Shown here: one piece after another, positions 28,972 to 38,975 of the stretch
Layout of the letters: each line of letters opens with the position of its first letter
Position numbering within the stretch: the stretch's first letter is position 1
Assembly (NCBI GenBank): GCA_964500005.1
Contig: CAZCMP010000004.1
Coordinates: forward strand, 97,816-161,815
Length of the DNA stretch: 64,000 nucleotides
Direction: 5' to 3'
Source: an uncultured Thermococci archaeon
Lineage (GTDB): Archaea > Methanobacteriota_B > Thermococci > Methanofastidiosales > Methanofastidiosaceae
Translations under genes and position numbers: made by a program
The notes under the pieces: model-generated
What the model saw: only the letters and a program-made list of their open reading frames with translations
What the model was told of the DNA's origin: nothing
The model's database searches: none

Positions 28972-28987
28972 TATATAAAGCTTTCGG
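28972..28987 (-). promoter_or_regulatory. BRE-TATA promoter (ccgaaagc-tttatata)
   Basis: Consensus archaeal promoter with no substantial minus-strand CDS downstream. Confidence 0.7.
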
Positions 28988-29083
28988 TTAACAATGGCTA
29001 GATATAATGAAAATCACTGATGATTATTATTGATAAACAACATAAACTTTTAAAATATAAAGTTGATAGTTAAATTGAGTGTT

Positions 29084-30499
29084 ATGAAGAAGATTCTTAT
29101 TGGTGGAAGATGGGTTGATACAAACAGTTACATAGATGTGATAAATCCCTATGATGGAAAAGTTATAGATAGTGTGTCTAAGGCTTCATCTGAAGATATA
29201 AAAGAGGCTGTTGACTCCGCAGTCCGAGGAAGCATAATCATGAGAAGACTTAGCAGACATAAAAGGTATGAAATACTGTCAAAGGCTGCTGAGTTGATGT
29301 TGAATAGAAAAGATGAGATTGCAAGAACAATGTCATTAGAGAGCGGCAAACCGCTTTCTTTTGCTAAGGGTGAGGTTTCAAGGGCCCATGAAACAATTGT
29401 ATTGTCAGCGGAGGAAGCAAAGAGGATTGGGGGGGAAGTAATACCTTTTGATGCTGCGCCAACAAGCTCTGACAAGTATTGTTTTTACATAAGAGTTCCT
29501 GTTGGAGTTATATTGTCCATTACACCATTTAACTTTCCTTTGAATCTTGTGTGTCATAAAGTAGGCCCTGCAATAGCGGCTGGAAATAGTGTAATACACA
29601 AACCTGCATCAAAAACTCCTTTGACTTCCCTAATTTTGGGCGAGATACTTTTAGAGGCCGGGCTCCCTAAAGAAGCATTAAATATAGTCATATGCTCTGC
29701 TGAAGATGCCGAGAAATACCTTGTTAAGAATCAATTGATTAGGAAGATATCATTTACAGGGAGTAAATTGGTAGGAGAGAAAATTGCTTCTAATGCCGGT
29801 TTAAAGAAACTTTCAATGGAACTGGGTTCCAATTCTGGGGTAATTATCGATGAGAAAACTGATATTGACAAGGCTGTGTCTGCTGTAAGAGTTGGCGCAT
29901 TTGGATACTCTGGACAGGTATGTATTCACTGCCAAAGAGCTTACGTTCATGAGAGCGTCTATGAAGAATTTAGGGAGAAAATTGTTAATGCTGCAAATAA
30001 TCTTGTTATTGGCGATCCAATCGAAATGTCAACAGACATTGGCCCAATGATCGATGAGAAGGAGATAGTAAGGGTCCTCTCATGGATAGATGAAGCAAAG
30101 TCTCAAGGCGGCAAGGTTCTATGTGGTGGTGAAAGGGAAGGTTTCGCATTAAAGCCAACTGTAATTGAAAATGCAACTGAAGAGATGAAAATAGTAAAAG
30201 ACGAAACATTTGGCCCAACTCTAGCCCTGATGCCATTTAGTGATTTCAAAGATGCTGTAAGTAAATTGAATGATTCAATCTATGGATTACAGGCGGGCGT
30301 GTTTACTGAAAATCTTAGGAATGCATACTATGCTATTGACAACTTAGATGTTGGCGGGGTTATGATAAATGACGTTCCAACATTTAGGATAGATCTAATG
30401 CCCTATGGCGGGGTAAAGTGTTCAGGATATGGGAGAGAAGGCCCAAAATATGCAATTGAAGAAATGACCGAAATAAAATGTGTAAGGTTTCACATTTAG
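29084..30499 (+). CDS. NAD(P)-dependent aldehyde dehydrogenase
   Basis: ITPFNFP, KPASKTP, FTGS, MELGSN, GQVCIH, ETFGP, PYGGVKCSGYGREG. Confidence 0.95.
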   Translation: MKKILIGGRWVDTNSYIDVINPYDGKVIDSVSKASSEDIKEAVDSAVRGSIIMRRLSRHKRYEILSKAAELMLNRKDEIARTMSLESGKPLSFAKGEVSRAHETIVLSAEEAKRIGGEVIPFDAAPTSSDKYCFYIRVPVGVILSITPFNFPLNLVCHKVGPAIAAGNSVIHKPASKTPLTSLILGEILLEAGLPKEALNIVICSAEDAEKYLVKNQLIRKISFTGSKLVGEKIASNAGLKKLSMELGSNSGVIIDEKTDIDKAVSAVRVGAFGYSGQVCIHCQRAYVHESVYEEFREKIVNAANNLVIGDPIEMSTDIGPMIDEKEIVRVLSWIDEAKSQGGKVLCGGEREGFALKPTVIENATEEMKIVKDETFGPTLALMPFSDFKDAVSKLNDSIYGLQAGVFTENLRNAYYAIDNLDVGGVMINDVPTFRIDLMPYGGVKCSGYGREGPKYAIEEMTEIKCVRFHI

Positions 30500-30520
30500 A
30501 ATAATAAAAATTTGAGGATT

Positions 30521-31855
30521 TTAAATCCTCTTGTCTATTTCAGTGTATGGAATGAAATCACCAACATGTGCGTATGCAGGTCTAATTATCTTTTTTCCCG
30601 AGATAAGTTCCTCAATTCTGTGAGCGCACCATCCAGGTATTCTTCCCATTGCAAATAGCGGGGTATACATCTCTTTAGGTATGTCAAGACAGTTGTATAC
30701 AAAACCAGAATAGAAATCTACATTTGCTGTTATCACTTTGTTGGATTTCTTAACATCATAGAATACTTCAGGACCGACCTGCTCAATAAGTTCATAAAGT
30801 TTGAATTCGTCCATCCTCTTTTTATCTTTTGCAAGCTCTCTTGCTTTTTTCTTGAGTATAACTGTTCTTGGATCTGACTTAGTGTAAATTGCATGGCCGA
30901 GCCCATAGATAACGCCCATTCCATCAAAGGCCTTTCTTTCAAGTATTTGTTTTAGGTAGTCCTTTACTTGCTCTTCATCTTCCCAATCGTTAACATTGTC
31001 CTTGATGTTTTTCATCATTGCCATGACACTTTTATTTGCACCGCCGTGTAAGGGGCCTTTTAGAGATCCTATTGCCGCAGATATTGCAGAGTAGGTGTCA
31101 GTTCCAGAAGATGTAACTACATGCACGGTAAATGAAGAGTTATTACCTCCACCGTGTTCAGCATGAAGGATCAAAAGGATGTCAAGTGTATCTGCCTCAA
31201 GTTTAGTAAAATTCCCATCTTCCCTTAGCATGTAAAGAAAATTCTCTGCTGCTGAGTACTCTGGATTCTGATTTCTTAAGATTAGGTCCTTGCCTTTGAA
31301 ATAATGTTTCCTAGCTTGGTAAGCATATGCGACAATTGATGGAAATTTAGCTATTAATCCAACACTCTGTCTCAAGACATTTTCTATACTTGTGTCATCT
31401 GCTTTTTTATCAAGAGCGTAAAGAACTAGAACACTTCTTGCAAGTTTGTTCATTATATCGTTACTTGGGAAGTGAAGTATTACATCATTAGTAAAATTAA
31501 CTGCTAAATCCCTGTTACTTACCATTAACTCATTGAAATACTCCAGTTCTTCCCAGGTGGGTAGTTTACCAAAAAGAAGCAAGAAAACAATTTCTTCAAA
31601 TCCGTGCCTATTCTCTTTTGAGATAGCCTCAACTATATCCTCAATTTTAATCCCCCTGTATGCAAGCCTACCCTCTAGTGGTGTGAAAATCCCATCTTTT
31701 TTTTCATATCCTGTTACATCGGATATCTTAGTGAGTCCAACTAAGACCCCACTCCCATCGTCATTCCTTAACCCTCTTTTGACGTCGTATTTTGGATAAA
31801 GTTCTGGTGTGATTTGATTATTAATCTTGGCGTAGTCCACTAATTTTTCAAACAT
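30521..31855 (-). CDS. gltA: Citrate synthase (Firmicutes-like type)
   Basis: HAEHGGGNNS, GPLHGGAN, GLGHAIY..SDPR, ANVDFYSG. Confidence 0.92.
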   Translation of the reverse strand: MFEKLVDYAKINNQITPELYPKYDVKRGLRNDDGSGVLVGLTKISDVTGYEKKDGIFTPLEGRLAYRGIKIEDIVEAISKENRHGFEEIVFLLLFGKLPTWEELEYFNELMVSNRDLAVNFTNDVILHFPSNDIMNKLARSVLVLYALDKKADDTSIENVLRQSVGLIAKFPSIVAYAYQARKHYFKGKDLILRNQNPEYSAAENFLYMLREDGNFTKLEADTLDILLILHAEHGGGNNSSFTVHVVTSSGTDTYSAISAAIGSLKGPLHGGANKSVMAMMKNIKDNVNDWEDEEQVKDYLKQILERKAFDGMGVIYGLGHAIYTKSDPRTVILKKKARELAKDKKRMDEFKLYELIEQVGPEVFYDVKKSNKVITANVDFYSGFVYNCLDIPKEMYTPLFAMGRIPGWCAHRIEELISGKKIIRPAYAHVGDFIPYTEIDKRI

Positions 31856-32013
31856 TTAAACACCTTTTTAATAAAAATATTGACATATGTCTTATTATTA
31901 ATTAAATTTTTAATCTTATGTTTGATATTTAAGAGTTTCGGTGGAAACTTAACTAAAAAATATATAAATTTGTCTTAAAAATATGATTTAAGCCAATAAA
32001 ACAAAAGAATAAA

Positions 32014-32091
32014 TGGTGGGGTCGCTGAGATTTGAACTCAGGTCCCAAGCTCCCAAAGCTCGAAGGATAGGCCAAGCTACCCCACGACCCC
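32014..32091 (-). tRNA. tRNA-Pro (TGG), CCA encoded
   Basis: GGGGTCG/CGACCCC acceptor, CGAGC-TTTGGGA-GCTTG anticodon arm, TTCAAAT, ACCA. Confidence 0.96.
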
Positions 32092-32140
32092 AATAAGTCC
32101 AATTTTTAATATGACGCTTATAAGATTTTCGTTTAATTGA

Positions 32141-32809
32141 TTATTTGATTATAATCCTTTCACCTGTGACCATATAGTGTATTTTCTCTGAGATTTTGCA
32201 AACGTGATCCCCGCATCGTTCAAGGTATCTCGATATCAACATATAATGTGTATAGTAGCTTATACCTTTAGGATTTTCAATCATGTAGGATATGCATTCT
32301 CGGAGTATTGTATGAAAAAGATCGTCGACTGTATCGTCTCTTTTCCACATATCGTCAATGATGGTCAAATCTTCATTTTCATATGCTTTGATTACATCAT
32401 CTAACATTTCTAAAACAAGGTCTCCCATCACACAAACACTTTTTAGCCTAGGAAACTCTTTATTAAATGTTATCTCACGGATATCCTTTGAGATGTCCTT
32501 GGAATATATCCCAATTCTTGTTAGATATGTATTCATTTTTAAGGTAGATATTATGGCCCTTAAGTCCCTAGCAACTGGTTGATACAAAACTATTAATCTT
32601 TGTGCATCATCTTCAATTTTATAGTCAAATTCCCTAATATCTCTCCTTTGACTTATTACTTTTTCAGCAATGGTGATATCTGACGTTTTAAGAGCATCAA
32701 TTGACTCTTTTAACATTTCTTTGGAGAGATTTGACATCTCAACTACATCAGATTTAAGTTGTTTTAATTCTTCAACAAATCTTTCTCTCATTTTTCTCAA
32801 CCTATCCAA
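32141..32809 (-). CDS. phoU: Phosphate signalling protein PhoU
   Basis: [24 protein letters not shown]. Confidence 0.93.
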   Translation of the reverse strand: MDRLRKMRERFVEELKQLKSDVVEMSNLSKEMLKESIDALKTSDITIAEKVISQRRDIREFDYKIEDDAQRLIVLYQPVARDLRAIISTLKMNTYLTRIGIYSKDISKDIREITFNKEFPRLKSVCVMGDLVLEMLDDVIKAYENEDLTIIDDMWKRDDTVDDLFHTILRECISYMIENPKGISYYTHYMLISRYLERCGDHVCKISEKIHYMVTGERIIIK

Positions 32810-33578
32810 ATCTTCCCATTATATATTTTTCAGTTAATTCCTCTTTAGGATTTTCAAATATCTGCTGAGTTTCATCAAATTCTATAAGCTCACCTAAATA
32901 CATGAAACCTGTATAATCGCTTATTCTTGCGGCTTGTTGCATATTATGTGTAACAATGACAACGGTGTAATCTTTTTTCAATTCATCTATTAAGTCCTCT
33001 ATTTTTGTTGTTGCAATGGGATCTAAAGCAGAACAAGGCTCATCCATTAAAATTATATCCGGCTGAACCGCTAGAGCCCTTGCAATACAAAGTCTCTGTT
33101 GTTGCCCGCCGGAAAGGCCCATTGCGGACTCTCCTAATCTTTCAGAAACTTCTTCCCACAATGCGGAATCTTTTAAGCTTTTTTCTACGATATTATCTAG
33201 ATCATTCTTATTTTTAATGCCATGGATTCTTGGCCCATAGGCAATGTTATCATATATTGAACGTGGAAATGGATTTGGTTTTTGGAAAACCATTCCAATT
33301 TTACTTCTCAATGCTACAGGATCAACTTTGGGATCTAGTATGTTCATTCCTCTCCAGATTATCTCTCCCTCCATTCTGCAGCTCTCAATTTCTTCATTCA
33401 TACGATTGAGGGCTCTAAGCAATGTACTTTTACCGCACCCACTAGGACCAATAAATGCAGTGACTTTATTTTTTGGTATGCTAAGAGATACTTTATTGAC
33501 TGCAAGCTTATTGGAATAGTAAACATTCAAATTTGAAAGTATCAATGATCCATCGTGCATTTTTTCTTTAGATTCCAT
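32802..33578 (-). CDS. pstB: Phosphate ABC transporter ATPase
   Basis: [41 protein letters not shown]. Confidence 0.97.
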   Translation of the reverse strand: MESKEKMHDGSLILSNLNVYYSNKLAVNKVSLSIPKNKVTAFIGPSGCGKSTLLRALNRMNEEIESCRMEGEIIWRGMNILDPKVDPVALRSKIGMVFQKPNPFPRSIYDNIAYGPRIHGIKNKNDLDNIVEKSLKDSALWEEVSERLGESAMGLSGGQQQRLCIARALAVQPDIILMDEPCSALDPIATTKIEDLIDELKKDYTVVIVTHNMQQAARISDYTGFMYLGELIEFDETQQIFENPKEELTEKYIMGRFG

Positions 33579-33608
33579 CCATTATCACCAAACATTTTAT
33601 TATCATTT

Positions 33609-35498
33609 TCACCAATCTCTATTTGCCTGTGAACGTTGACGTATAACTATAGCAAATAAGTTCATGGCAAATAAAATTATTAATAAAACAATTATTGTAC
33701 TAGCTGCAAGGTTCTGGAAAGCTACCTTGGGATGTCTTGTCCAGAAAAATATGGTAACAGGTAAAGCCAAGAATCCATCAAAAATACTACTTGGGGCAAC
33801 TTTGGAAAAAACTGATGCTATGAATAAAATAGGCGCTGTTTCACCTATTGCTCTAGAAAGAGCAAGTATTGAACCTGTTAGTGTTCCAGGCAGAGCATAA
33901 GGTATAACGTGATGTCTTACCGTCTGCCACTTTGTTGCGCCGAGCCCTCTAGCTGCCTCTCTAAAAGATTTAGGAATTGCTTTTAGTGCTTCTTCGGTAG
34001 TAACAATAATAACGGGCATGATCATCAATGAAAGAGTTAAACTACCTGCCAAAACACTGGTCCCAAACCCAAGTATACGAACAAATACAGCAAGCCCAAC
34101 TAATCCAAAAACAATTGATGGTACTCCTGCAAGATTTTGTATTAGCCTTCTTAGGATATTTGTGTAGAAATTGTCTCTTGCAAATTCAGTCAGATAAACT
34201 GCAGCACCGACGCTTAAGGGTATGGAAAAGAGCATAGCGAGGCCAACAAGATAAATCGAACCAAGAATTACCGGGTAGATACCTGCTATGGCAGGATTTG
34301 AACTTGGATAAGATGTCAAGAAGGTAAGATTAATCCCAGACAATCCCTGTTCCAGAACAGTAAAAATTAATAATCCTAAGAAAACTGCTGCAAATACTAA
34401 ACAGGATGCCACTGCAACAATTCCTAATTTTCCTATTTTATGTCTAAATGACAAGGTATTTTCTGATGCAATTTTTTTAGTCTCTATATTAGTTTTTGAA
34501 GAAATAGTATTGACCGTTTTTCGATTGCTTAGAGGTAACTTTAATTTATTACTTTTTTTTGAAGTTGTTTTGCCGGCATTTTGTATCCTCAAAACAACCC
34601 GTCCTGCGATAAAATTGATTATATATGTTATTGCAAATAAAACAAGCCCTACTGCAAATGCGGCGCTCACTGCCAATCCTGGGGGTATGTCCCCAGTTGC
34701 TACTTGGGCTATATAAGCAGTCATAGTTTGAACTTGACTTAAAGGATTTAGGGTTAGTCTTGCCACATTTCCAGCGGCAAGAGCTACTACCATTGTTTCT
34801 CCCAAAGCTCTTGCCAATCCGAGTAATACTGAAGCTATTATACCACTTGAAGCAGCAGGCATCACAACCTTAATTGCTGTTTCCCACTTAGTCGCCCCAA
34901 CTGCAAGGCTTGCTTCTTTTAGGTCTCTAGGAACTGCTCTCATAGAGTCATCTGAAACGCTTACAATTATTGGAAGAATCATTACTACCATTACTATAAT
35001 TGCACTCGCAGCATTGAAATAACTGGCACCAAAATATTCTCTTAAAATTGGACTTATTGTAATAAGGGCAAAGAACCCATATACTATAGATGGAATACCT
35101 GCTAAAAGTTCAATAATCGGTTTGGCTATAGAACTAATTTTTTTATTTGCAAATTGGGTAAGATAGACTGCTGCACCTACTCCAAGTGGTGTCGCAATTA
35201 GGATAGATCCTCCCGCAATCAAAACTGTACCGGATAATAAAGGAAGTATGCCAAAACTTGGATCTGTTCCACTTGGTGTCCATTTTGTACCAGTAAAAAA
35301 TTGTAGAATACTTACTTTAGGGCTTAAAAAAAATTCAATAGAGCCATCTACCAATGTGTATAAGATGGCAAAACTAACTAATATGGCAAGGCTTGCTGCC
35401 ATAAATATTAGTCTTACTATCAACGCCTCTTTTAGATCCACTTTTTTATAAAATGGATTAGTCCCATTGAAGTGTGCTCTATTGACTTTACCTAACAT
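33609..35498 (-). CDS. Fused phosphate ABC permease PstC-PstA
   Basis: Two permease modules in one frame (IPSIVYGFF/ARALGETM and VPSIVFGLVG/SRAIGETAP). Confidence 0.92.
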   Translation of the reverse strand: MLGKVNRAHFNGTNPFYKKVDLKEALIVRLIFMAASLAILVSFAILYTLVDGSIEFFLSPKVSILQFFTGTKWTPSGTDPSFGILPLLSGTVLIAGGSILIATPLGVGAAVYLTQFANKKISSIAKPIIELLAGIPSIVYGFFALITISPILREYFGASYFNAASAIIVMVVMILPIIVSVSDDSMRAVPRDLKEASLAVGATKWETAIKVVMPAASSGIIASVLLGLARALGETMVVALAAGNVARLTLNPLSQVQTMTAYIAQVATGDIPPGLAVSAAFAVGLVLFAITYIINFIAGRVVLRIQNAGKTTSKKSNKLKLPLSNRKTVNTISSKTNIETKKIASENTLSFRHKIGKLGIVAVASCLVFAAVFLGLLIFTVLEQGLSGINLTFLTSYPSSNPAIAGIYPVILGSIYLVGLAMLFSIPLSVGAAVYLTEFARDNFYTNILRRLIQNLAGVPSIVFGLVGLAVFVRILGFGTSVLAGSLTLSLMIMPVIIVTTEEALKAIPKSFREAARGLGATKWQTVRHHVIPYALPGTLTGSILALSRAIGETAPILFIASVFSKVAPSSIFDGFLALPVTIFFWTRHPKVAFQNLAASTIIVLLIILFAMNLFAIVIRQRSQANRDW

Positions 35499-35510
35499 AT
35501 AGGAACACTC

Positions 35511-36539
35511 TTATTTTAGCTTGGAAAGTTGTGTGGGTATTATTGTTGGATCAACTAAGGGCACTTGCACATATCCAACCTGTGGAACAATTTTTTGTCC
35601 TTCTTCACTTAGTATGTATTCTAGGTAAGCATTTATAGCTTTTCCCTTGTCAGATGAGGTGTCGGGTACGCCGTTTGTATATATGAATAAAGGTCTTGCC
35701 ATTGGGTATTTTGCAACATTTTGAATTGATGCTTCTACGAATGTATCTCCTGATTTTTTAGCTATCTTAGAAACTTTTACTTGACCGGGATTTTCCATTA
35801 TGTATGCATATCCAAAGTAACCAATTGCATATTTGTTTGATTTTACAGCGTCCAAAACAACATTGTCATCTGCGCTTGGGTTGTATACGCCGTCACCTGC
35901 GTCAAGTCTTGTCCTTGCTACCTGAGTTGTCTTTCCCCAGTCTTTAATTATGCTCTCGAAGAAGTAATCGTATGTTCCGCTGGCTTCATCAGGTGCGTAT
36001 ATTGATATCTTTTCGTGTGGGGCCCCTTTCTCCTTTAATCCTAGGACGTCATCCCAATAAACTGCCGGGGAGTCATCTGTGAAAATCTTGTAGAGCTGAT
36101 CGTATGTAAGTTCAGTTGCCCATGTGTTTTCGTTGTTTACTACTACAGCTAATACGTCGTATGCCACTATCCATTGAGTTGGAAGAACGCCGCTACATGC
36201 AGCTTTTGCAGTACCGTCTGCGTTAACTAGTTTTTCGTCACAACCCACGCTCTTATAGTCAGACCCTTTCATTACTCTGCTTGAATCGCCCAAATCTGTC
36301 TCTCCTTTAAGAAGAGCATTTAATCCATGACTTGATCCTCCTCCAGAAACAGATATCTGTGCGCCTTCAAATTCTTCTGCCCAGACAATCGCTAATGGCA
36401 AAACTGTGCTTGATCCTGTCTGATTGAGTTTTACAGTTGATGACTGAGTTGATGTGTTTTGAGTACAGCCGGAAAAGACCATACCTAAAACAATAACGGC
36501 CATCAATAATCCAAACACCCCTAATCTTTTTCTACCCAT
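35511..36539 (-). CDS. pstS: Phosphate-binding lipoprotein
   Basis: Lipobox FSGC; GSSTV, GGGSSHG, SGTYDYF, YPMARPLF. Confidence 0.93.
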   Translation of the reverse strand: MGRKRLGVFGLLMAVIVLGMVFSGCTQNTSTQSSTVKLNQTGSSTVLPLAIVWAEEFEGAQISVSGGGSSHGLNALLKGETDLGDSSRVMKGSDYKSVGCDEKLVNADGTAKAACSGVLPTQWIVAYDVLAVVVNNENTWATELTYDQLYKIFTDDSPAVYWDDVLGLKEKGAPHEKISIYAPDEASGTYDYFFESIIKDWGKTTQVARTRLDAGDGVYNPSADDNVVLDAVKSNKYAIGYFGYAYIMENPGQVKVSKIAKKSGDTFVEASIQNVAKYPMARPLFIYTNGVPDTSSDKGKAINAYLEYILSEEGQKIVPQVGYVQVPLVDPTIIPTQLSKLK

Positions 36540-36699
36540 GGTTAATCACCGAACAAATTAATTTTAGATCTTTTATAATGTTTCTCGACTTAGAGTATAT
36601 AAGAATACTTATCAAATTGATATCTCAATATATCTATATAGAAGTATAAAAATATACAGAAATGCTTAAATATTCAATAGAATTTAAAAAATCGATTAA

Positions 36700-37698
36700 A
36701 TGGAAATAAGAAAGGTTCAAATTACAGGTGGCTCTTCTTATGTTATTACATTGCCAAAGGATTGGATCAAATCATTAAACATAAAGAAGAACGATTCTCT
36801 CGGATTAATTGTCCAAAAAGATGGAACTCTACTTGTAACCCCAGATAAAGTCATAGAGAAAAAAAGAAAACAAAAGGAATATGTTGTTGATTCTGATACT
36901 GATAAAACCTATTTATTCAGACTACTTGTTGGGGCTTATGTTATGGGTTATTCTGATATTGCTATTAGATCAAAGGACATAATGCCGCCTCAGATTAGAG
37001 AAGCCATACGCATGTTCACCCAAATTGCTATTGGGCCTGAAATTGTAGACGAGGAGCCAGATCTTTTCGTTATAAAAGACCTATTAAGCCCGATGGAAAT
37101 GCCTTTTGAAAAAACTGTCAAAAGGATGTACTCTCTTGTTGAAAGCATGCATAAGGATGCAATTAAATCTCTAAAATCAAACAACAAAGAATTAGCGGAG
37201 AACGTTGTTTCTAGAGATTTTGAGGTAGATAGGCTTTACTGGCTTGCAACACACCAATACAATGTAATTCTTACAGATATAATGCTTTCAAAGAGGATGG
37301 GTCTAAGCCAAGAAGACGCAAGCTACTACTTTTTAATAAGCAGGATTTTAGAAAGAATTGGTGACCACGCAGCTATTCTTGGTGAAAATGTTGTAAAAGT
37401 TATAGATAAACTAAATCAAGACATACTCAAAGAGATAGAATCTGCAAGCACATTGTCCCTAGAGATTTTCTCAAAAAGTTTTGAATCCCACTTCAAAAAA
37501 GATATCAAAAAAGCTAATGAAAATATTGATGCAGTAGAAAAACTAATAGAAAAGTGTGAAAAAATTAACAACAAAGCCTTAAACCTTGGGATTGAAGCTG
37601 TCCCTGTTGTCTACATAGTTGAAAGTATTAGGAGAACTGGCGAATATTCTGGTGATATATCGGAGCACACTATAAATTACCTAATATTAAAAAATTAA
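36700..37698 (+). CDS. Archaeal phosphate uptake regulator (AbrB + two PhoU domains)
   Basis: RKVQITGGSSYVITLPKDW; ERIGDH; RRTGEY. Confidence 0.92.
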   Translation: MEIRKVQITGGSSYVITLPKDWIKSLNIKKNDSLGLIVQKDGTLLVTPDKVIEKKRKQKEYVVDSDTDKTYLFRLLVGAYVMGYSDIAIRSKDIMPPQIREAIRMFTQIAIGPEIVDEEPDLFVIKDLLSPMEMPFEKTVKRMYSLVESMHKDAIKSLKSNNKELAENVVSRDFEVDRLYWLATHQYNVILTDIMLSKRMGLSQEDASYYFLISRILERIGDHAAILGENVVKVIDKLNQDILKEIESASTLSLEIFSKSFESHFKKDIKKANENIDAVEKLIEKCEKINNKALNLGIEAVPVVYIVESIRRTGEYSGDISEHTINYLILKN

Positions 37699-37702
37699 AT
37701 AA

Positions 37703-38170
37703 TTATTTTATTCCTTTGATAAAACTTTTTATTTTGTCTTCAGTGTTTGTTTTAAGTTCTTTAGTAGTAAAGGACAATTTTGACAATGGAGTAATCCCTA
37801 TATAGTCTTCCATCTCACCAAATGTTTTTATGTCCCCGGGGGAGCTGCCACAAGTACAAAAGAATACTACATTCTTAAATTTCCCTTTATTCTCGTAAAT
37901 GTAAGTTCTAATTGCAGGTGCCATAAGCCCTGCCCATACTGGGGTTCCAATTGCAACTATATCATATTTAGATGGGTCCTTTCTAATTTCTTTAATTGTA
38001 GTTAATTTCTTAGAATGTGCATCCCTTCCAGATCTAAGCCATCCTATGATTCCTTTTCTGTTTTTGGTATCTATAATCTCCTCAATATCGCACTTTATTT
38101 TTTTTGAAAGCTCTTCTGCCACTACCTTCGTATTGCCAGATCTAGAATAGTACACAACAAGTGTTTTCAT
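37703..38170 (-). CDS. Flavodoxin
   Basis: YYSRSGNT, GTPVW, FCTCG. Confidence 0.9.
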   Translation of the reverse strand: MKTLVVYYSRSGNTKVVAEELSKKIKCDIEEIIDTKNRKGIIGWLRSGRDAHSKKLTTIKEIRKDPSKYDIVAIGTPVWAGLMAPAIRTYIYENKGKFKNVVFFCTCGSSPGDIKTFGEMEDYIGITPLSKLSFTTKELKTNTEDKIKSFIKGIK

Positions 38171-38363
38171 GAACTCTCGTTGTTTTTGAAATATTTAAAT
38201 CTTGTTACCATTAAAAAATGAGAACTAATTCCTTTAAAGTAAATAGTATTGGGGTTTATCCCCTAGATTAATTAGAGATAAGTCTTATATATCCAATACC
38301 ATAGTAAGTGTCTAGGCGAGTAAAAGAGCTGCCAATCATTTTAATTTTTATGGAGGGACACAA

Positions 38364-38453
38364 ATGATTGAACCACAGATTAATTTTCCAGTAGAAGACA
38401 GAGAAGATGAGCAGCCTTTCTTCATTCCTGAAGAAGACTACGATGAAGACTAA
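38364..38453 (+). CDS. Putative 29-aa acidic microprotein
   Basis: GGAGGGA SD 6 nt upstream, own TATA near 38283-38292, downstream T-rich terminator; MIEPQINFPVEDREDEQPFFIPEEDYDED. Confidence 0.65.
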   Translation: MIEPQINFPVEDREDEQPFFIPEEDYDED

Positions 38454-38570
38454 ATATATTAATTATTCTTTTTTATAAATTCAGCTTTAAAGTCCATAAT
38501 TTTTAATAGGTTTGTATTAACCGAAAACTATTTTAAGAATATATCCTTGTATGAAAATGGGGGACTTTTA

Positions 38571-38972
38571 TTGCCAGAAAAAAGATTAAGGATATTGATA
38601 GCTAAACCTGGCCTCGATGGTCACGATAGAGGGGCAAAGGTAGTTGCTAGGGCTTTAAGAGATGCAGGAATGGAAGTAATTTACACCGGACTCAGACAAA
38701 CTCCTGAAAGTATTGTGGAAACAGCCTTACAAGAGGATGTCGATGTCATTGGACTCAGTATACTATCTGGGGCACATAATCACCTGTTTAAAAAAGTAAT
38801 AGACATTCTAAAGAGGGAAGGTGCAGATGATATCCCTATCTTTGGTGGTGGCATTATTCCCGAAGACGATATACCATATCTTAATGGCATTGGGGTCAAG
38901 AAAATATTTGGACCTGGAACGAGTACTGAAGATATCGTGTCCTATATTAAAGAAATTACTAATAAATCATAA
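38571..38972 (+). CDS. Cobalamin-binding (methylmalonyl-CoA mutase small) subunit
   Basis: [13 protein letters not shown] (DxHxxG), [15 protein letters not shown]. Confidence 0.93.
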   Translation: MPEKRLRILIAKPGLDGHDRGAKVVARALRDAGMEVIYTGLRQTPESIVETALQEDVDVIGLSILSGAHNHLFKKVIDILKREGADDIPIFGGGIIPEDDIPYLNGIGVKKIFGPGTSTEDIVSYIKEITNKS

Positions 38973-38975
38973 AGA

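Noticed and set aside
28792-29001. 69-aa plus-strand ORF from the track
   Set aside because: No SD or recognisable motif. It spans a minus-strand promoter and RNA-like stems, so it is probably a shadow ORF.
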